Shown here: piece by piece, positions 36,968 through 49,600 of the stretch
How positions within the stretch are numbered: the first letter of the stretch is position 1
How the letters are laid out: every line of letters begins with the position of its first letter
NCBI GenBank assembly: GCA_010093995.1
Contig: ML992511.1
Location: forward strand, 295,917-359,916
Origin: Elsinoe ampelina
Taxonomy: Eukaryota
Direction of reading: 5' to 3'
DNA length: 64,000 nt
Translations under genes and position numbers: made by a program
The notes under the pieces: model-generated
Databases searched by the model: none
What the model was told of the DNA's origin: nothing
The model's input: the letters and a program-made list of their open reading frames with translations, nothing else

Positions 36968-38835
36968 ATGTCTTCAGTAATCCGTTCGGTCAAGAATGTC
37001 ACAAAAGGATACTCGTCTGTACAGGTCAAGGTCCGAAATGGTACGTCTCGTTAGACGACTGGGCAATGGTACTGGCTTGCTGACGCTGGGCAGCGACTAG
37101 TAATGACCCATGGGGTCCGACAGGTGCGGATATGGCAGACATTGCCAGAATCACATACAACAGGTTGGTCATACGACTGCTACAGTTGTCCCGCCAATTC
37201 TGACCTGCTACCAGCTCCACCGATTTCTATGAGGTGATGGACATGCTCGACAAGCGTCTCAACGACAAGGGCAAGAATTGGCGCCATGTACTCAAGTCGC
37301 TTAAGGTCTTGGACTACTGCCTTCACGAGGGTTCGGAACTTTGTGTGACATGGGCGAGAAAGAATATCTACATCATTCGGACACTGCGAGAGTTTGTCTA
37401 TGTGGATGAGGAGGGCAGGGACGTCGGACAAAACAGTGAGCATGCTCGATTTCGTGACCGGAAGTGGGTGATTGACCAAGGAACAGTCCGAGTGTCGGCA
37501 AAAGAGCTCACTTCTCTCATCATGGACGAAGAACGACTGCGTGCAGAGCGAGCCAACAGGCACAGCTGGAAGTCTCGCGTCACCGGACTTGAAGACATGC
37601 AGGGCATGCCAGATTACGCAGGCGAAGGCTCGACTCCAGCACGCCAAAGACAACGACCACAGAGGCAGAACTCGGACGAAGATCTGGAATACAAGCTGGC
37701 TTTGGAAGCAAGTATGAACGAGGCCGAGGAAGATGCAAAGAGAAGGGCAGGGGGTACGAAAGTGGAAGACGATGACGACCTTGCGAAGGCTCTACGGCTT
37801 AGTAAGGAGGAAGATGAATTGAGAAAGCGAGAATTGGAGAATCAGAATGCCGATCTGCTGTTCGATGATACTCCATCCCAGCAGCCACAGCCAACTGGCT
37901 TCAATCAGGGATACCAGCAACAAGCGGCTGTGGACTGGTTCGGCAATCCCATGGAGCAGCAGCAACATCAACAGCAGCAGCCGCAGAATACTGGCTTCCT
38001 CAACAATGCTTACATGCAGCAACAACCTACCGCATACCAGAATGGCTTTGGCTACCAGCAGACTGGCTACGACGCATTTGGGCAACAGCCGATGATGCAG
38101 CAACAGCAGCAACAACCAATGATGGCACAACCGACTGGATACAATCCTTGGGCTTCGCAAATGAATGGCTCAAATGGCTTCGATCAATCACAGCAACAAC
38201 AGCAACAAACTGTTGCACCAACAGGGTCAAACAATCCGTGGGGCTCAAATCAACAGCAAGAACTCGCCCCACAGCCAACAGGATCGAACAACCCATTCGC
38301 CTCGCGCATCACACAACAACAGCAGCCTAGCGCTCAACGGGCCCCGACCTTGTCTACTCTGCAGGAACAGAAGACGGCACAGCAGTTCAGTTCGTACAAT
38401 CCAATCACAAGCTACCAGGCACCTCAGCAAACTGCATTCACCAATCCTCAGCCATCGCTCCAGCAACAACCATCTTTCTCAACGCCACAGCGGCCGCAAG
38501 CAACTTCCCCTGCACCGCAGACATCGTCACCTCTGGATCCTCACCGCGCCCAACTGAACGCCATCCTGTCGTCAGGCGAGGGTCAGGATACTTTTGGCAA
38601 CGTCGGCGCGACCCGTATTCCTGCTCAGCACACTGCCCCCGGCACGTTCATCAACAGTATGGGTCAAGGTGGCGGTAAGCTCGAGGCTTCAAGAACGGGA
38701 ACAAACCCGTTCATGCAGCAATACACGGGTATGCCGCAGCAGCAGTACCCTGCTCAGACAGGACCGGTGGGTGGCAACAACCCTTTCGGTAGACAGCAGC
38801 AAAACGGGAATCAGGGTAGTCTGATCGACCTCTAG
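36968..38835 (+). CDS. ent1: Epsin (ENTH domain, two UIMs, NPF motifs, C-terminal clathrin box)
   Basis: Introns 37041-37093, 37164-37214, 37436-37486. Motifs: 'SVKNVTKGYSSVQVKVRNATSNDPWGP', 'KNWRHVLKSLKVLDY', UIMs 'DEDLEYKLALEAS' and 'DDDLAKALRLS', NPF repeats, ends in LIDL*. Confidence 0.95.
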
Positions 38836-39139
38836 CAGAGTCTGGAGAAGGATAGCAGGCAGGGTGGAAGTGGTCGTCAAGGTCCATAAGACGGAAGACG
38901 ATGGATGAAGTTTTGCGTGAGCTAGTTGGATACCGCAACGGATATTTGCTTGATAGGCAATTGTTGTGCAACGAGAAAAGCCTCGAGGTTTAGTCGAGGA
39001 TCAACCCTTTGGCGTTAGCGTAGGAGTAAAGATCAATACCAAACCTAGTCAATTTCCTTGCTACATGATGTCGTCGCTCGTAATGCATGCTAACTATGCT
39101 TCTCCCCCCACTTACCCCCCGCACGCGCTGGTAGTTCCC

Positions 39140-41015
39140 TCACTCCCCGTTCCCGAGATACGGCTCCATCGGCCTCCCCAACACACCCGCCTGTATCTGC
39201 AACGCCACAAACCTCGTCAAGAACCTACACTGCCTGATATCGCCTCCGGTATAATACAACCCCCGATCTACGCACGTGTCAGCCGATCCCTCGCCCCCTT
39301 CTCAAACCAGCAAGATACTCACGTCCAGCCCACCTAAAAGCCCCCCTCACCTCCCCCTCCCCATCAATCCCAAAATAATCATCCACCCCCTCCGCCGTCT
39401 CCTCCCCCACCAACCCCGCCGCCGTGGCCCGAAAATCATGCTCGAACCCCGTGGCAAACACCACCACGTCCGCCTCCTCCTCGGCGCCATCCTCAAACCT
39501 CACCCCTTCCTCCGTCCAACCCGCCACCCTCTTCGCCACGACCCTGATCTCCCCGCCGGCGATTTGTGCCGACGCGCCAATGTCGACGTAGTGCCCCCCG
39601 AAGCGGCGGTAGAGGTTGTCGTAGATGTCGCCCTTGCGCTCGAGGAGGAAGCCCGCGTTTTCCAGGGCGTCGAAGCGCGCGGGGTGCGCGTCGATGAGGG
39701 CGTGCACGGCGGAATTGGTCATGTCGCGCGTGATTTTGTTGGGGTAGGTGATGGCTAGACGGTCGGCGTGGGATGGGAGGGTGGAGAGGTTGTAGTGCTG
39801 GTCTTGCGCGGTGTGCAGCCACTCGGCGGGGAAGACGAAGGTTGGGGAGCGTTGGATCATTGTGACGGAGGAGGCGACGGGGAGGAGGGAGGAGGCGATG
39901 TCGTGGGCTGTGTTGGCGGTGCCGATTATGAGGCAGCGGGCGGAGGTGAAGGGGTGGGGGTTGGTGAAGGTGGAGGAGTGCAGGGTTGTGCCCTGGTAGA
40001 GGTGGGGGTTGGGCCAGGTCGGGAGGGAGGGGCGGGAGGCGTAGGCGCCGCAGGCGAGGACGAGGGAGGGGGTGAGGTGGGTGAGGGTGCTGGTTGGGGT
40101 GGTGGAGGTTATGGTCCAGAGAGAGGTGGTGGGAGACCAGGTTGCGGAGGTGACAGTCGTGGAGGTTTGGACTTTGATGGAGAAGCGGGCTACCCAGCGC
40201 TTGAAGCCGGAGCCGATTTGGGTGGTGGTGAGCATGTAGTCGTCTTCGGGGAGGAAGGTGCGGTCGAAGGGGAGGTTGCCGTATTCTTTGCTGGTGTGCC
40301 AACGGAGGGATTCGTAGCGGGATGTCCAGTTTTGGCCTATTTCTTCGTTGCGTTCCAGGACGATGTAGGAGAGACCTAGAGCGGCGCAGCGGCCAGCGAG
40401 AGATAGCCCGGCTTGACCTGCTCCGATGATGACCACGTCGAGTGGCTTGGGAGTTGGGTCTTCTTCAGTAGTCGTGTCCTCGTCAGGCGTGTTGACTGGC
40501 GAAAGACTGTCTCGTCGTGGAGATGGCGAAAGCTCGTCAGGATGGGCATGTCCTGAGAACTTTTCAAGCCAAGTACGGAGCATCCAGATCTGCCAGCCAG
40601 AAGGATGAGTGCTCGAAGGGATGAGCGACACAATGCCGGCATTCTCTGCTGGTAGTGGCGAGCTCGTCGTGAAGGTGAAGCCAATGTTGATCCATGATGT
40701 AGAGTCATTGAGCTTAGTAACACCGTTGTATACTGACAAAGGCTTGAAGGACCCTGTATGCTTTTTGGACGAAATTTGTTTGTAGACTCGAAGTATCGTT
40801 CTCGCCGATGAAAAGGAACGGAAGTGCTCAGTGAAGGAAAGAAGATCCCGCCAGACAGCGTCTTCGACCAAGTCGCTGTCATTCAATCCAGGCAGTCTTG
40901 CCACAATTGCCCCAGACAACTTGTCCAAATCGACGTGCTCAGGCACGCTTGCTTTCGGCAGGTGCCCTGGGACGTCATCGAAGCGGACAGACTCGGTTCT
41001 GTACTTTGCAGTCAT
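39140..41015 (-). CDS. Flavin-containing monooxygenase (FMO/YUCCA-like, with N-terminal extension)
   Basis: Exons 41015-39323 and 39267-39140. Motifs: 'VVIIGAGQAGL', 'NWTSRYESL', FMO signature-like 'YQGTTLHSSTF', 'IIGTANTAHD', 'VVFATGF'. Confidence 0.9.
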
Positions 41016-41593
41016 GGTTCGAAAGGAATGATGATGTGAAAGGATGTAGGAAAAGAACAGGAGTATCAGACGTAGACCATCTTTTGACTGGTCAGGAAAT
41101 CCCCCACGCCCCTGTACCTGAATTACAGAGCCGATCTACGCGGTCTCCGCATGTTCATCTGTTCGCCTTACCTGGGAGGCGACTGTGTCTTCCCCGAGTG
41201 GGTATCAAAGCGCCTTACTGTGGTGTGCCTAGTCGCACGAGACAACAGAGCCGTATGCCAGTCAGGAGTCCGACTGTCGTCTCAGTAAGTCCAGTGATAG
41301 CATGGTCAAAGGTGCATGGCCATCGCGTGTCATGGCTGGTAGTTGGAGTAAACCCCGCATCTCGCAGTTTCAGCCAATCAAGTCGACGACAAATCAACGG
41401 GGTCCTTCTTGATGCCTCTGGCGTGAGTAGGCAGTCGCCACGACGGCAGGGATGGGAAATAGTCGCAGTACTGATAGATATGTTGGTCTCATATCGTTGA
41501 GAGTTATCCCGAAGACACGGAAAATTGTTCGGCCTCAGCATTTTCGTTGGCATGGAGAATCTCGCGGGCAAAATGTCCGTCTCGCAATGCCGT

Positions 41594-41606
41594 CGGGAAG
41601 AGTCGG
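41594..41606 (-). promoter_or_regulatory. Candidate AcuK/AcuM gluconeogenic site (CCG-N7-CCG)
   Basis: The plus strand reads CGG-GAAGAGT-CGG, ~325 bp upstream of the FBPase ATG. This motif is known from Aspergillus nidulans gluconeogenic promoters, but it is short and a chance match is possible. Confidence 0.4.
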
Positions 41607-41930
41607 GTGAAGCAGTCCAGAAGCTGGCTACACGCGGAGAAATGGCTCCAAATCGACCACAAGAGCTCTTCCATGAACATGTCCCGATATCTGCTAACGG
41701 CGGGATTGCCTCGGTCAGGACGGTACAAGGTCGAGACGATTCGCAAGTGACTTTCCACAACATCAATTGCTGCATCCTTTCCTTCCTCACATCTCTACTC
41801 GCCTTGACCTCACTCACGCACCATTTACCTGCCCCGCAATTTCAGACCACCCCTCCAATTACATCACAAGACTACTACCACTTTCAACCTCAAAAGTAGG
41901 AATCTGTGACACTCTCAATCCGTCATCATC

Positions 41931-43096
41931 ATGGCAGCCAACGGAACGAATGGCAATGGCTCTGCACCAGTTGGCTCGGAGAAGATCAACACGGACATTG
42001 TCACCCTTACCCGTTTCTTGACGGAAGAGCAGCACAAGCACAAGGAGGCCACTGGTGACTTTACGTGAGTAGCCAGGCACGTGCTAGCGACCCTCTGACT
42101 GACAGCATGCTAGTCTCCTCTGCCACTCCCTCGCCTTCTCCTTCAAGTCGATAGCTTACTACATCCGGCGAGCCTCGCTCATCAACCTCGGCGGTCTTGC
42201 CGGCTCCTCCAACACAACCGGAGACGACCAGAAGAAGCTCGACGTGATTGGCAATGACCTTTTCGTCGCAGCCATGAAGTCGTCTGGCAGGGTACGAGTC
42301 TTGGTCTCCGAAGAAGAGGAGGAGGCAATCGTCTTTGACGAGAACCCAAATGCGAGATATGCAGTAGTGTGCGATCCGATCGACGGCTCTTCCAACTTGG
42401 ATGCAGGTGTGTCAGTCGGTACCATCTTTGGCATCTTCAAGCTGCCAGAGGGCGCAAAGGGTACAAAGGAGGACCTCCTCAAGCCAGGCACCGATCTGGT
42501 GGCTGCCGGTTTCACCATGTACGGTGCCTCTGCACAACTTGTCATCACAATGAAGGGCGGTAATGTCAACGGCTTCACCATGGACAACGCACTCGGCGAA
42601 TTCATTCTCACTCACCCCAACATGCAGATGCCAAAGAAGAGGTCAATTTACAGCTGCAACGAGGGCAACTCGCTCTGGTGGGATGAGCCGACCAAGGAGT
42701 GGGTCAACAGCTTGAAGTACCCCGAGAAGGAAGGAGGCAAGCCATACAGCTCAAGATACATCGGATCAATGGTGGCAGATGCGTACAGAACGCTGCTGTA
42801 CGGTGGCATTTTCGCCTACCCTGCCGACAAGAAGAGCCCCAAGGGAAAGCTCAGGATCTTGTACGAGTGCGCGCCCATGGCATTAGTCTTTGAAAATGGT
42901 AAGCCACTGAACGACAACGAATTCACTGAATACCTGCTAACATTGCTCAGCCGGCGGTCAAGCAGTCAACAGTAAGATGGAGAGGATGCTCACAGTTGTG
43001 CCAGAATCCATTCACGATCGGTCAGGCATCTTTCTCGGCAGCTACGATGAGGTCCAGAAGGTCATTGATATCCACAGCAAACATGCTTCAAAGTAG
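41931..43096 (+). CDS. fbp1: Fructose-1,6-bisphosphatase (class I)
   Basis: Exons 41931-42064, 42114-42898, 42951-43096. Motifs: 'GDDQKKLDVIGN', 'SEEEE', 'DPIDGSSN', 'RYIGSMVAD', 'GKLRILYECAP'. Confidence 0.97.
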
Positions 43097-43474
43097 ATGT
43101 ATTTCCGGTGTTAGCATAAGATACTTGAGAATGATATTGCATTGAACGGATTGTGTGCAGCCCGACGTCGAAGCTTGACAGTCAAGCACATGATGGCTGC
43201 CCTGCCACACTGACTGCAAGGTCATTGAACCAACCTAGCAACAGCATCAATAAATGCTTTGCTTGTCCCAACATACAGCATCATCAAATGCCGACACTCC
43301 CCCTCGGCCTCTGCCACACCGAGCTCGGAGATGCGGGGAACCTCGAGCGATTTCCAGCTCCGCAACCTTGATGATCCGTCCGGAAAACCACAACATGGAA
43401 TCCCAGCCAGAGTAAGTATATACGTCTACAACTCCGTAAGTCACCCACCAGTCCATACCTACCAGTCCCCCATC

Positions 43475-44428
43475 ATGAAAATCCTCATCACCGGCGCCGG
43501 CGGCTTCGTCGGTCAACTCCTCGCCTCCCACCTCCTCTCCGCCAACCACCAAGTCATCCTTGTCGACATCTTCGAACCACCCCTCCCCCCCAACAGCCCC
43601 TCCCCGTCCAACGCCACCCGCATCGTCGCCGACCTCCACGACTCCCCCTCCTCGGTCCTCACCCCCGACCTCGACGCCGCCTTCATCTTCCACGGCATCA
43701 TGTCCGCGGGCTCCGAATCCGACTTCGACCTCGGCTACCGCGTAAACCTACACTCGACCCTGCGCCTCCTCGAAGCAATCCGCCACACCTGCCCGGGCCT
43801 CCGCGTGATCTACGCCTCCTCGACGGCCATCTACGGGCAGCCTCTGCCTGACACGCCGGACGAAACCACGCTGCCCACGCCGGGGTCGAGCTACGGCGCG
43901 CAGAAGACGATGGTCGAGTACGCGCTCAACGACTACACTCGTCGCGGGTTCATCAATGGGTTCGCGCTGAGGTTTCCGACCATAAGCGTCAGGCCCGGGA
44001 AACCGACGGCCGCGGCGAGTAGTTGGATGAGTGGGATTATTCGGGAGCCGTTGCAGGGGAAAGAGAGCGTGTTGCCTTGCGACGATGGGTTTTTGGCGTG
44101 GTTGTGTAGTCCCAAGACGTTGGTGCGGAATCTGCTGCATGCGTTGACGTTGGAGAGGGATTGTCTGCCGTTGCACACGAGGCAGGTGAATTTGCCGGGG
44201 ATTACGGCGAGTGTGGGGGAGATGTTGGCGGCGTTGGAGGAGGTGGGGGGCAGGGAGGCGAGGGGGTTGGTGAAGAGGGAGGAGGCGAGTCCGGAGATCA
44301 AGGCCATGTTGGATAGTTGGCCGGTCAGGTTTGATGTGAGTAGGGCGTTGGGGTTGGGGTTTGTGAGGGATCAGGGGTTCGAGGGGGCGGTGAGGGATTT
44401 CAAGGAGGAGTTGGATAGGGGGAAGTGA
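43475..44428 (+). CDS. Extended SDR, D-erythronate dehydrogenase (DenD)-like NAD-dependent epimerase/dehydrogenase
   Basis: Intronless. 'MKILITGAGGFVG', YGAQK catalytic motif, 'ESDFDLGYRVN', and 'RFPTISVRPGKPTAAASSWMSGIIREPL', a signature of the DenD-like family. Confidence 0.85.
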   Translation: MKILITGAGGFVGQLLASHLLSANHQVILVDIFEPPLPPNSPSPSNATRIVADLHDSPSSVLTPDLDAAFIFHGIMSAGSESDFDLGYRVNLHSTLRLLEAIRHTCPGLRVIYASSTAIYGQPLPDTPDETTLPTPGSSYGAQKTMVEYALNDYTRRGFINGFALRFPTISVRPGKPTAAASSWMSGIIREPLQGKESVLPCDDGFLAWLCSPKTLVRNLLHALTLERDCLPLHTRQVNLPGITASVGEMLAALEEVGGREARGLVKREEASPEIKAMLDSWPVRFDVSRALGLGFVRDQGFEGAVRDFKEELDRGK

Positions 44429-44479
44429 TGGGGAGGGAGAGGTGTCTACATTGTTCTATAGATAAGGATTATCAGATCG

Positions 44480-45414
44480 CTAAGCTTTGCCGCTGCAACC
44501 CATGGCGTCCATCCATCCTTCGCATTGTTTTTGGATCAGATGCGTGCCTGTCTCGAGGAGTTCGGTGAGTGGGACCTTGCCCGTGTTGGCGTTGGTGTAT
44601 GCGAAATAGTCGGAGAGGACCATCTTGTTGACATTGACGCGGGTTACTCCACGCTCGATACATTTGTTGAGGATCTCAGGGATGAATTCGTTGGTGCCGT
44701 GGAGGGCAATCTGGACTCGGCCGCCTACTCGCTTCTGGATGTCTGCTAATCTGAAGAGTGTCATCAGCTGGCTATATTGTGACACAGTCAGTGGCAGTAC
44801 CTGTCGTAATCAAGGTGGATATTCTCCACGCCGTGGTAGTCACCATGCACATTTCCGAATGCCGGTGCGAGGAAATCAATGCCGGTTGCGATAAAGTCCT
44901 CGACTTCTTCCGGGGTGGTCATCATGCCCTCTAGCTCGGCGGTGTCCTTGACTCCATCCTCGCCTCCTTCAATACGGCCCGGTTCTGCCTCGGTAGCAAT
45001 GCCTCTTGAATGGCACAAAGCTACCAGCTCTTTCGTCTTTGCGAGATTCTCCTCTTTCTCGTAGTGCGACATGTCGACCATGATCGAATCGAATGCGGGG
45101 GTACCATCCTCAGCCTTGATCTGCGAAGCGACCTTTATGATCTCCGGATCTTGCGCGTGGTCCATGTGGATGGCGACTGGCACTTTTGCTTTCCGAGCTG
45201 CATGGGCTGCAAAGTCGACCAGGAGGGGACTGTACTTGAGGGCCCAGGGGAAGAGCAAGATTTGGAGAGGTGCCTTTTTGGCCTCTGCCGCGTTGATCGC
45301 ACCGATGATGGTCTCCATGTTGTAAGATACCACGCCTAGCACGCCGTACTTGCCCTCGGCGGCGGCGCTGAGCATCTTGACCGCCCTGTTGTTGGAGAGT
45401 CTTTCGAGAGGCAT
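44480..45414 (-). CDS. Class II fructose/tagatose-bisphosphate aldolase family protein (non-housekeeping type)
   Basis: Exons 45414-44801 and 44750-44480. Motifs: 'IHMDHA', 'DSIMVDMSH', 'EAEPGRIEGGEDG', 'APAFGNVHG', 'IALHGT', 'VNVN'. Confidence 0.9.
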
Positions 45415-46605
45415 TGTGGCTGCTGATCACTGATGCAATGTTGTACTGGTGATCGAGTGGAATGGGCAAGGACACGACAAAGAAGTCTACTCACGGAAAA
45501 TACCTAGCACGATTCGGCAGAAGCCCCTCGCACCTCATCAGACTCTGAAGACTTGGGATTGACGTCGATGTTGAGAGCCCCGCAGTTCCTCCCCGGCTGA
45601 ATGCTTTGGGGAATCCGGTCATCTTTTCAACCGAAGCTGGGGGAGCCAAAGCCCGACGGCTAAGCTTCATTTGCCGACGGTGTTTCCGGTCGACGACGTC
45701 TGTGGGAGCATATTCTGACGAAGAGGACAGAGCCTCACTTTAGGTAATTGGGCGCACGTGAATGCTGCACCATCCAAGGTCGGATCTGGTCAGGGTTCTG
45801 CATTTCCGAAGTGGTTGCATGATGAGAGATGGGATGCCGCATGCAATCTACGCGCGACCAATTGTGGCTTGTCCAATCAGAGTCGAGGGATGGGTGAGAT
45901 GATTTCTCCACGTTCTATATTTGTCTCCAAGGGGTCCTTGAGAGTTGTGGTAGTTGAAGAAGAGATGCCACATCAAGGTCGAATCCACTTTGCAGACGAG
46001 TATTTGCCATGATTCATCAGGAACGAAAGGGGAAGACTGATCTTCAGAACCAAAGCTCGCTCGTAACTCGGACAGGCCAAGAAATCCGAATTGACAAGCA
46101 GGGTCCCTTTAGTTCTACGTCGTGACTGGACCAGCAAAGCCTCACGATTAAGCGCCGAACCGACCAAGCATCTACGCCCAGTCCGCCATCGCACATTCTG
46201 CATCCTGCCCTCATTGGCTGGCCAAGATGCTGCATCTCACTCCACCGGTCGAGCGCCCTTGGACATGCTTGGATGCTTTTGTCGACTTTATTCTTAGTAG
46301 TGTCGTTTCGCCTTTCCACCTCGATGCCTGCCAGCCACAGTGATCCTTCGACCTCCTGGCCACCGTGCGACACACAAGCTGTGTATGTGTAACGACAGCA
46401 GCAGAGCGACTCCCACAATGACTACTTGATCACAACGCTTTGAGATTGAAGGTCGAGAAAGCCTGCAAGGCACAGACACAGTCGCGACTAGGATCTGCAG
46501 AACCAGCGTGATGGACATGAATTGACTGGACAGAACCGCTGTTCGTCACACAGCCAGTCCGCGGCCATCTGCACCTTGACCGCCCGACCACAAGGCCCCC
46601 CCCCA

Positions 46606-49600
46606 ATGGCATCCCATCAATCCTTTTTCTCGCGTCGACAGGATGCCCGGCAGCCACCACTTCTGTCAACCGCCGTGGCCAACAGCATACAACACTTGGA
46701 CGTTTCCCGCGACTCTCCATACTCTCCCACTGTCCTGAGCGCTCCGTTCAGTCCTGGCCTGCCCGGTTCCCCTTCAGTGCCTACGCACTCTGGGTCCCAA
46801 TCACCCATGGCGGGGAGATCCTACCAGCCTCAGCAATGGGCAGGCACAGGTCCTGTGGGTGGCTCATATATGCCATTCAGTGAGGAGAGAAGAGGCCCTC
46901 CACGGTTGACGTTAGATGCTACTGGCATGGAGTCAAGCCTCCCATCACCGCCGCCTCCATATCACTCGCCCAGCCCCACCACAGCTCGGACCTTCCTGTC
47001 CAGCCCTGGTACGCCTTCAGGTCCACTCTCACCCAACATTGCCGTCAGTCCTGATTCTGGTCGAGGTTCTACCAATAATTCACCACAATTGACGAATCAA
47101 CCTCAATTTCCTCCCCCACCAGGAGGCACTAGGACTAGCAAGCTCTCACCTCGCAATCTTCTCAACTTATCACGACTGACGACCCGAAACAATGATAATC
47201 CTTTGCAAATACAGACGAATGTGCCTGCCGATGCACCGGCGGCACGACGAGCTCATTCTACTGGCGCAATTGGCCTGACGATCGCCTCATCAAGTCGGAG
47301 CAATGTGATGCACAGTCCTCCACAAGCACAAGCAGCCTGGCAGCCCGGCATGCCTGTACCTCCGCCGCCACCAGGTCCTCCACCTCTTGGAGCTAGGTCA
47401 CAAAGCTCTAGTCGACTACCAGACCGATCAGCTGCGCTGTCTTCACTGCCCAATCGTGGCAGTGCACCATTAACACGGCCAGATGCGGCTCCGCTCAGTC
47501 CGGTCCCTCCCACGCCGGCTGATTTCGTTGATGACGAAGACTTGTACTTCCAGAATAATGGCAGCGCCACCACCAGGCCAGTCCCTAGCCTTGCAAATCA
47601 AGACCGCAACGTCAGTCTGAACAGGCGACCGGCGCATCGAGAAGTCAGCGTTGAAGCTATACGAGATCGTCGTTCGAGATCTCGTGCAGTCAGAGAAGGC
47701 AACCTGATAGATGTCTCCCATCAAGATGGAGACTCAGAAAGCAGTGGTAGCGGAACCGGCAGCGGAAGTTCGAGGCCTGCGAATCTTGTGCTGCAAACTT
47801 CAAACATATCACCCGCGCCGCGCCAGACGCATCGGACTACACAGTCACAACCCTCTTCCGCCAAGCAGAACACTCCCGACAGACATGTCCCTCGGCCGCA
47901 GCAGCCCGGAATGCCTACGCCGCCCTATACGCCTGCGACTAACCCGCGGGGCACACCTGCTACTGGCTCTAGACCTGAGAGCGCTCAAAGAAATCACAAT
48001 AGAGATCGTTCCGCCACTTTAGACAAACCGCAAGCAACGACGCCAAACAGGAGCCAAGAGGACGACGATAGCTTCATCAACGCCAGCCTAGAGCGATTCC
48101 TGGACTTTGGTCAACATGAAGCGGCTGCTGAGTCTGACGAAGAAAGACTGACATTGTTCGCCAAATTCGTCGTTGACGAATCCCGAATTCGTCGCGCGCG
48201 ATACGCAGACTCTTTTGCCAAGATCGCCTCGGAACTGTACGATACCACTCGAGATATGTGGCGGCGGGGTGACGTTGAGCCTTCATCGGCTGCATCACAT
48301 GCCATGTCATCGCGAGACCAATCCGTAGACTCATCTGGTCTTGACAGCCGAGCACAGTCATCCGCTGCAATGCACAGCACCGCGCCTTCTGAGTCCGAGT
48401 TGACCCCAGCGACCGATACCGAGTCTTTTTGCAGTGTTCTGGAACGAGATCAAGGGAATGCCAACCAGAGTCCTTGGAACGATCGCTTCAAGCCGAGTCT
48501 CTCCCCCATTCCAAGCATGACAGTCAGTACTTATGCAGGAGACGAAGCCGACTCGCGTGGTAGATCTGCAAGTCGATGGTGGGAGGCCAGTGAAAACGGC
48601 TCGTCAGGCACTGGTGGACGACGCCTGGAGAGATCGAAGCAGGAGATCAAGTACATGAGTCTGCATCCTTCGGTCATGCAGCAAGCTCTGGAGGAGCAGC
48701 AAAAGTCTGAAGCATCAACTCCAGGAGATAGCGATTCCACAACAAAGGCATCTGCTGACGAGTACCCACCCGAGAAGGTTGGCTGGCATGAAGAGCTAGC
48801 CATTGCAGGACCTAGCCGATCGTCCTCATTTGCCAACGGGAAGCGTCCACTCAGCGGTGGTGCTCCTCCTCTACCTTCTCCATATCCAAGACCAAAACTA
48901 CCGCCCTTGGATGTGTCCAGATTAGTGACGCTTCCACCGCCATACCCACGTCACTACCCAGCAGTGAACAATTGTCACCCTCAATTAGAAGCACCTCGCA
49001 AATTGCAACGAGCTCTGGCAGATCTATCAGAGGTCAGAGAACTTCACACCGACTTCACTGAACGCGAGACCGCCTTGACTGAAGAAATCGATGAAGCCCG
49101 AAAGTCAAGAGTCCGAGGCTTCCGCGCCGGCGTACAGGGCGACATTGACGCTGGTCGGATCTCACACGCGATAGCAATAGAAGCAGATCGACGATTCCGA
49201 GCCCACGAAGCAGAGAAATCCGCCACAGCAGCTTTCGAGTCCTACGAGCGCTTCCAAAAAGACCTGTACCAACCTTCAAAAACCATCCTAGACGACAAGA
49301 TCCAATCCGCCGACGAAAGCATCAACATGATGACCCTCGCCCTCTCCTCCAGCCTCTCCAGTGGTGCCTCCGAACGCGCCCAAGTAGGCGGCGATGAAGA
49401 GCCCGAACTCCTCGAACAACTCACACTCCTCAAATGGCTCTTCGAAGCCCGTGAAACGCTCTTCAAAGAACTCCACGACCTCAACCTACTCTCATCCCGC
49501 CAATCCCGCCTCAAAGAAAAATGGTCCCCTTCCTACCGCCAACTCCCCCAACCCCAACGCGAAACCGACAACGCCCGCTGGCAAAAATCCATGCAAACCC

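Noticed and set aside
41016..41930. Cluster of CreA/Mig1 SYGGRG sites in the FMO/fbp1 divergent promoter
   Set aside because: I counted about five matches in ~900 bp, close to chance expectation for this degenerate hexamer.
43259..43474. N-terminal extension of the DenD-like ORF (similarly 22845 and 46522 starts)
   Set aside because: It starts at a non-ATG codon; the family-typical start is the ATG at 43475 (MKILITG).
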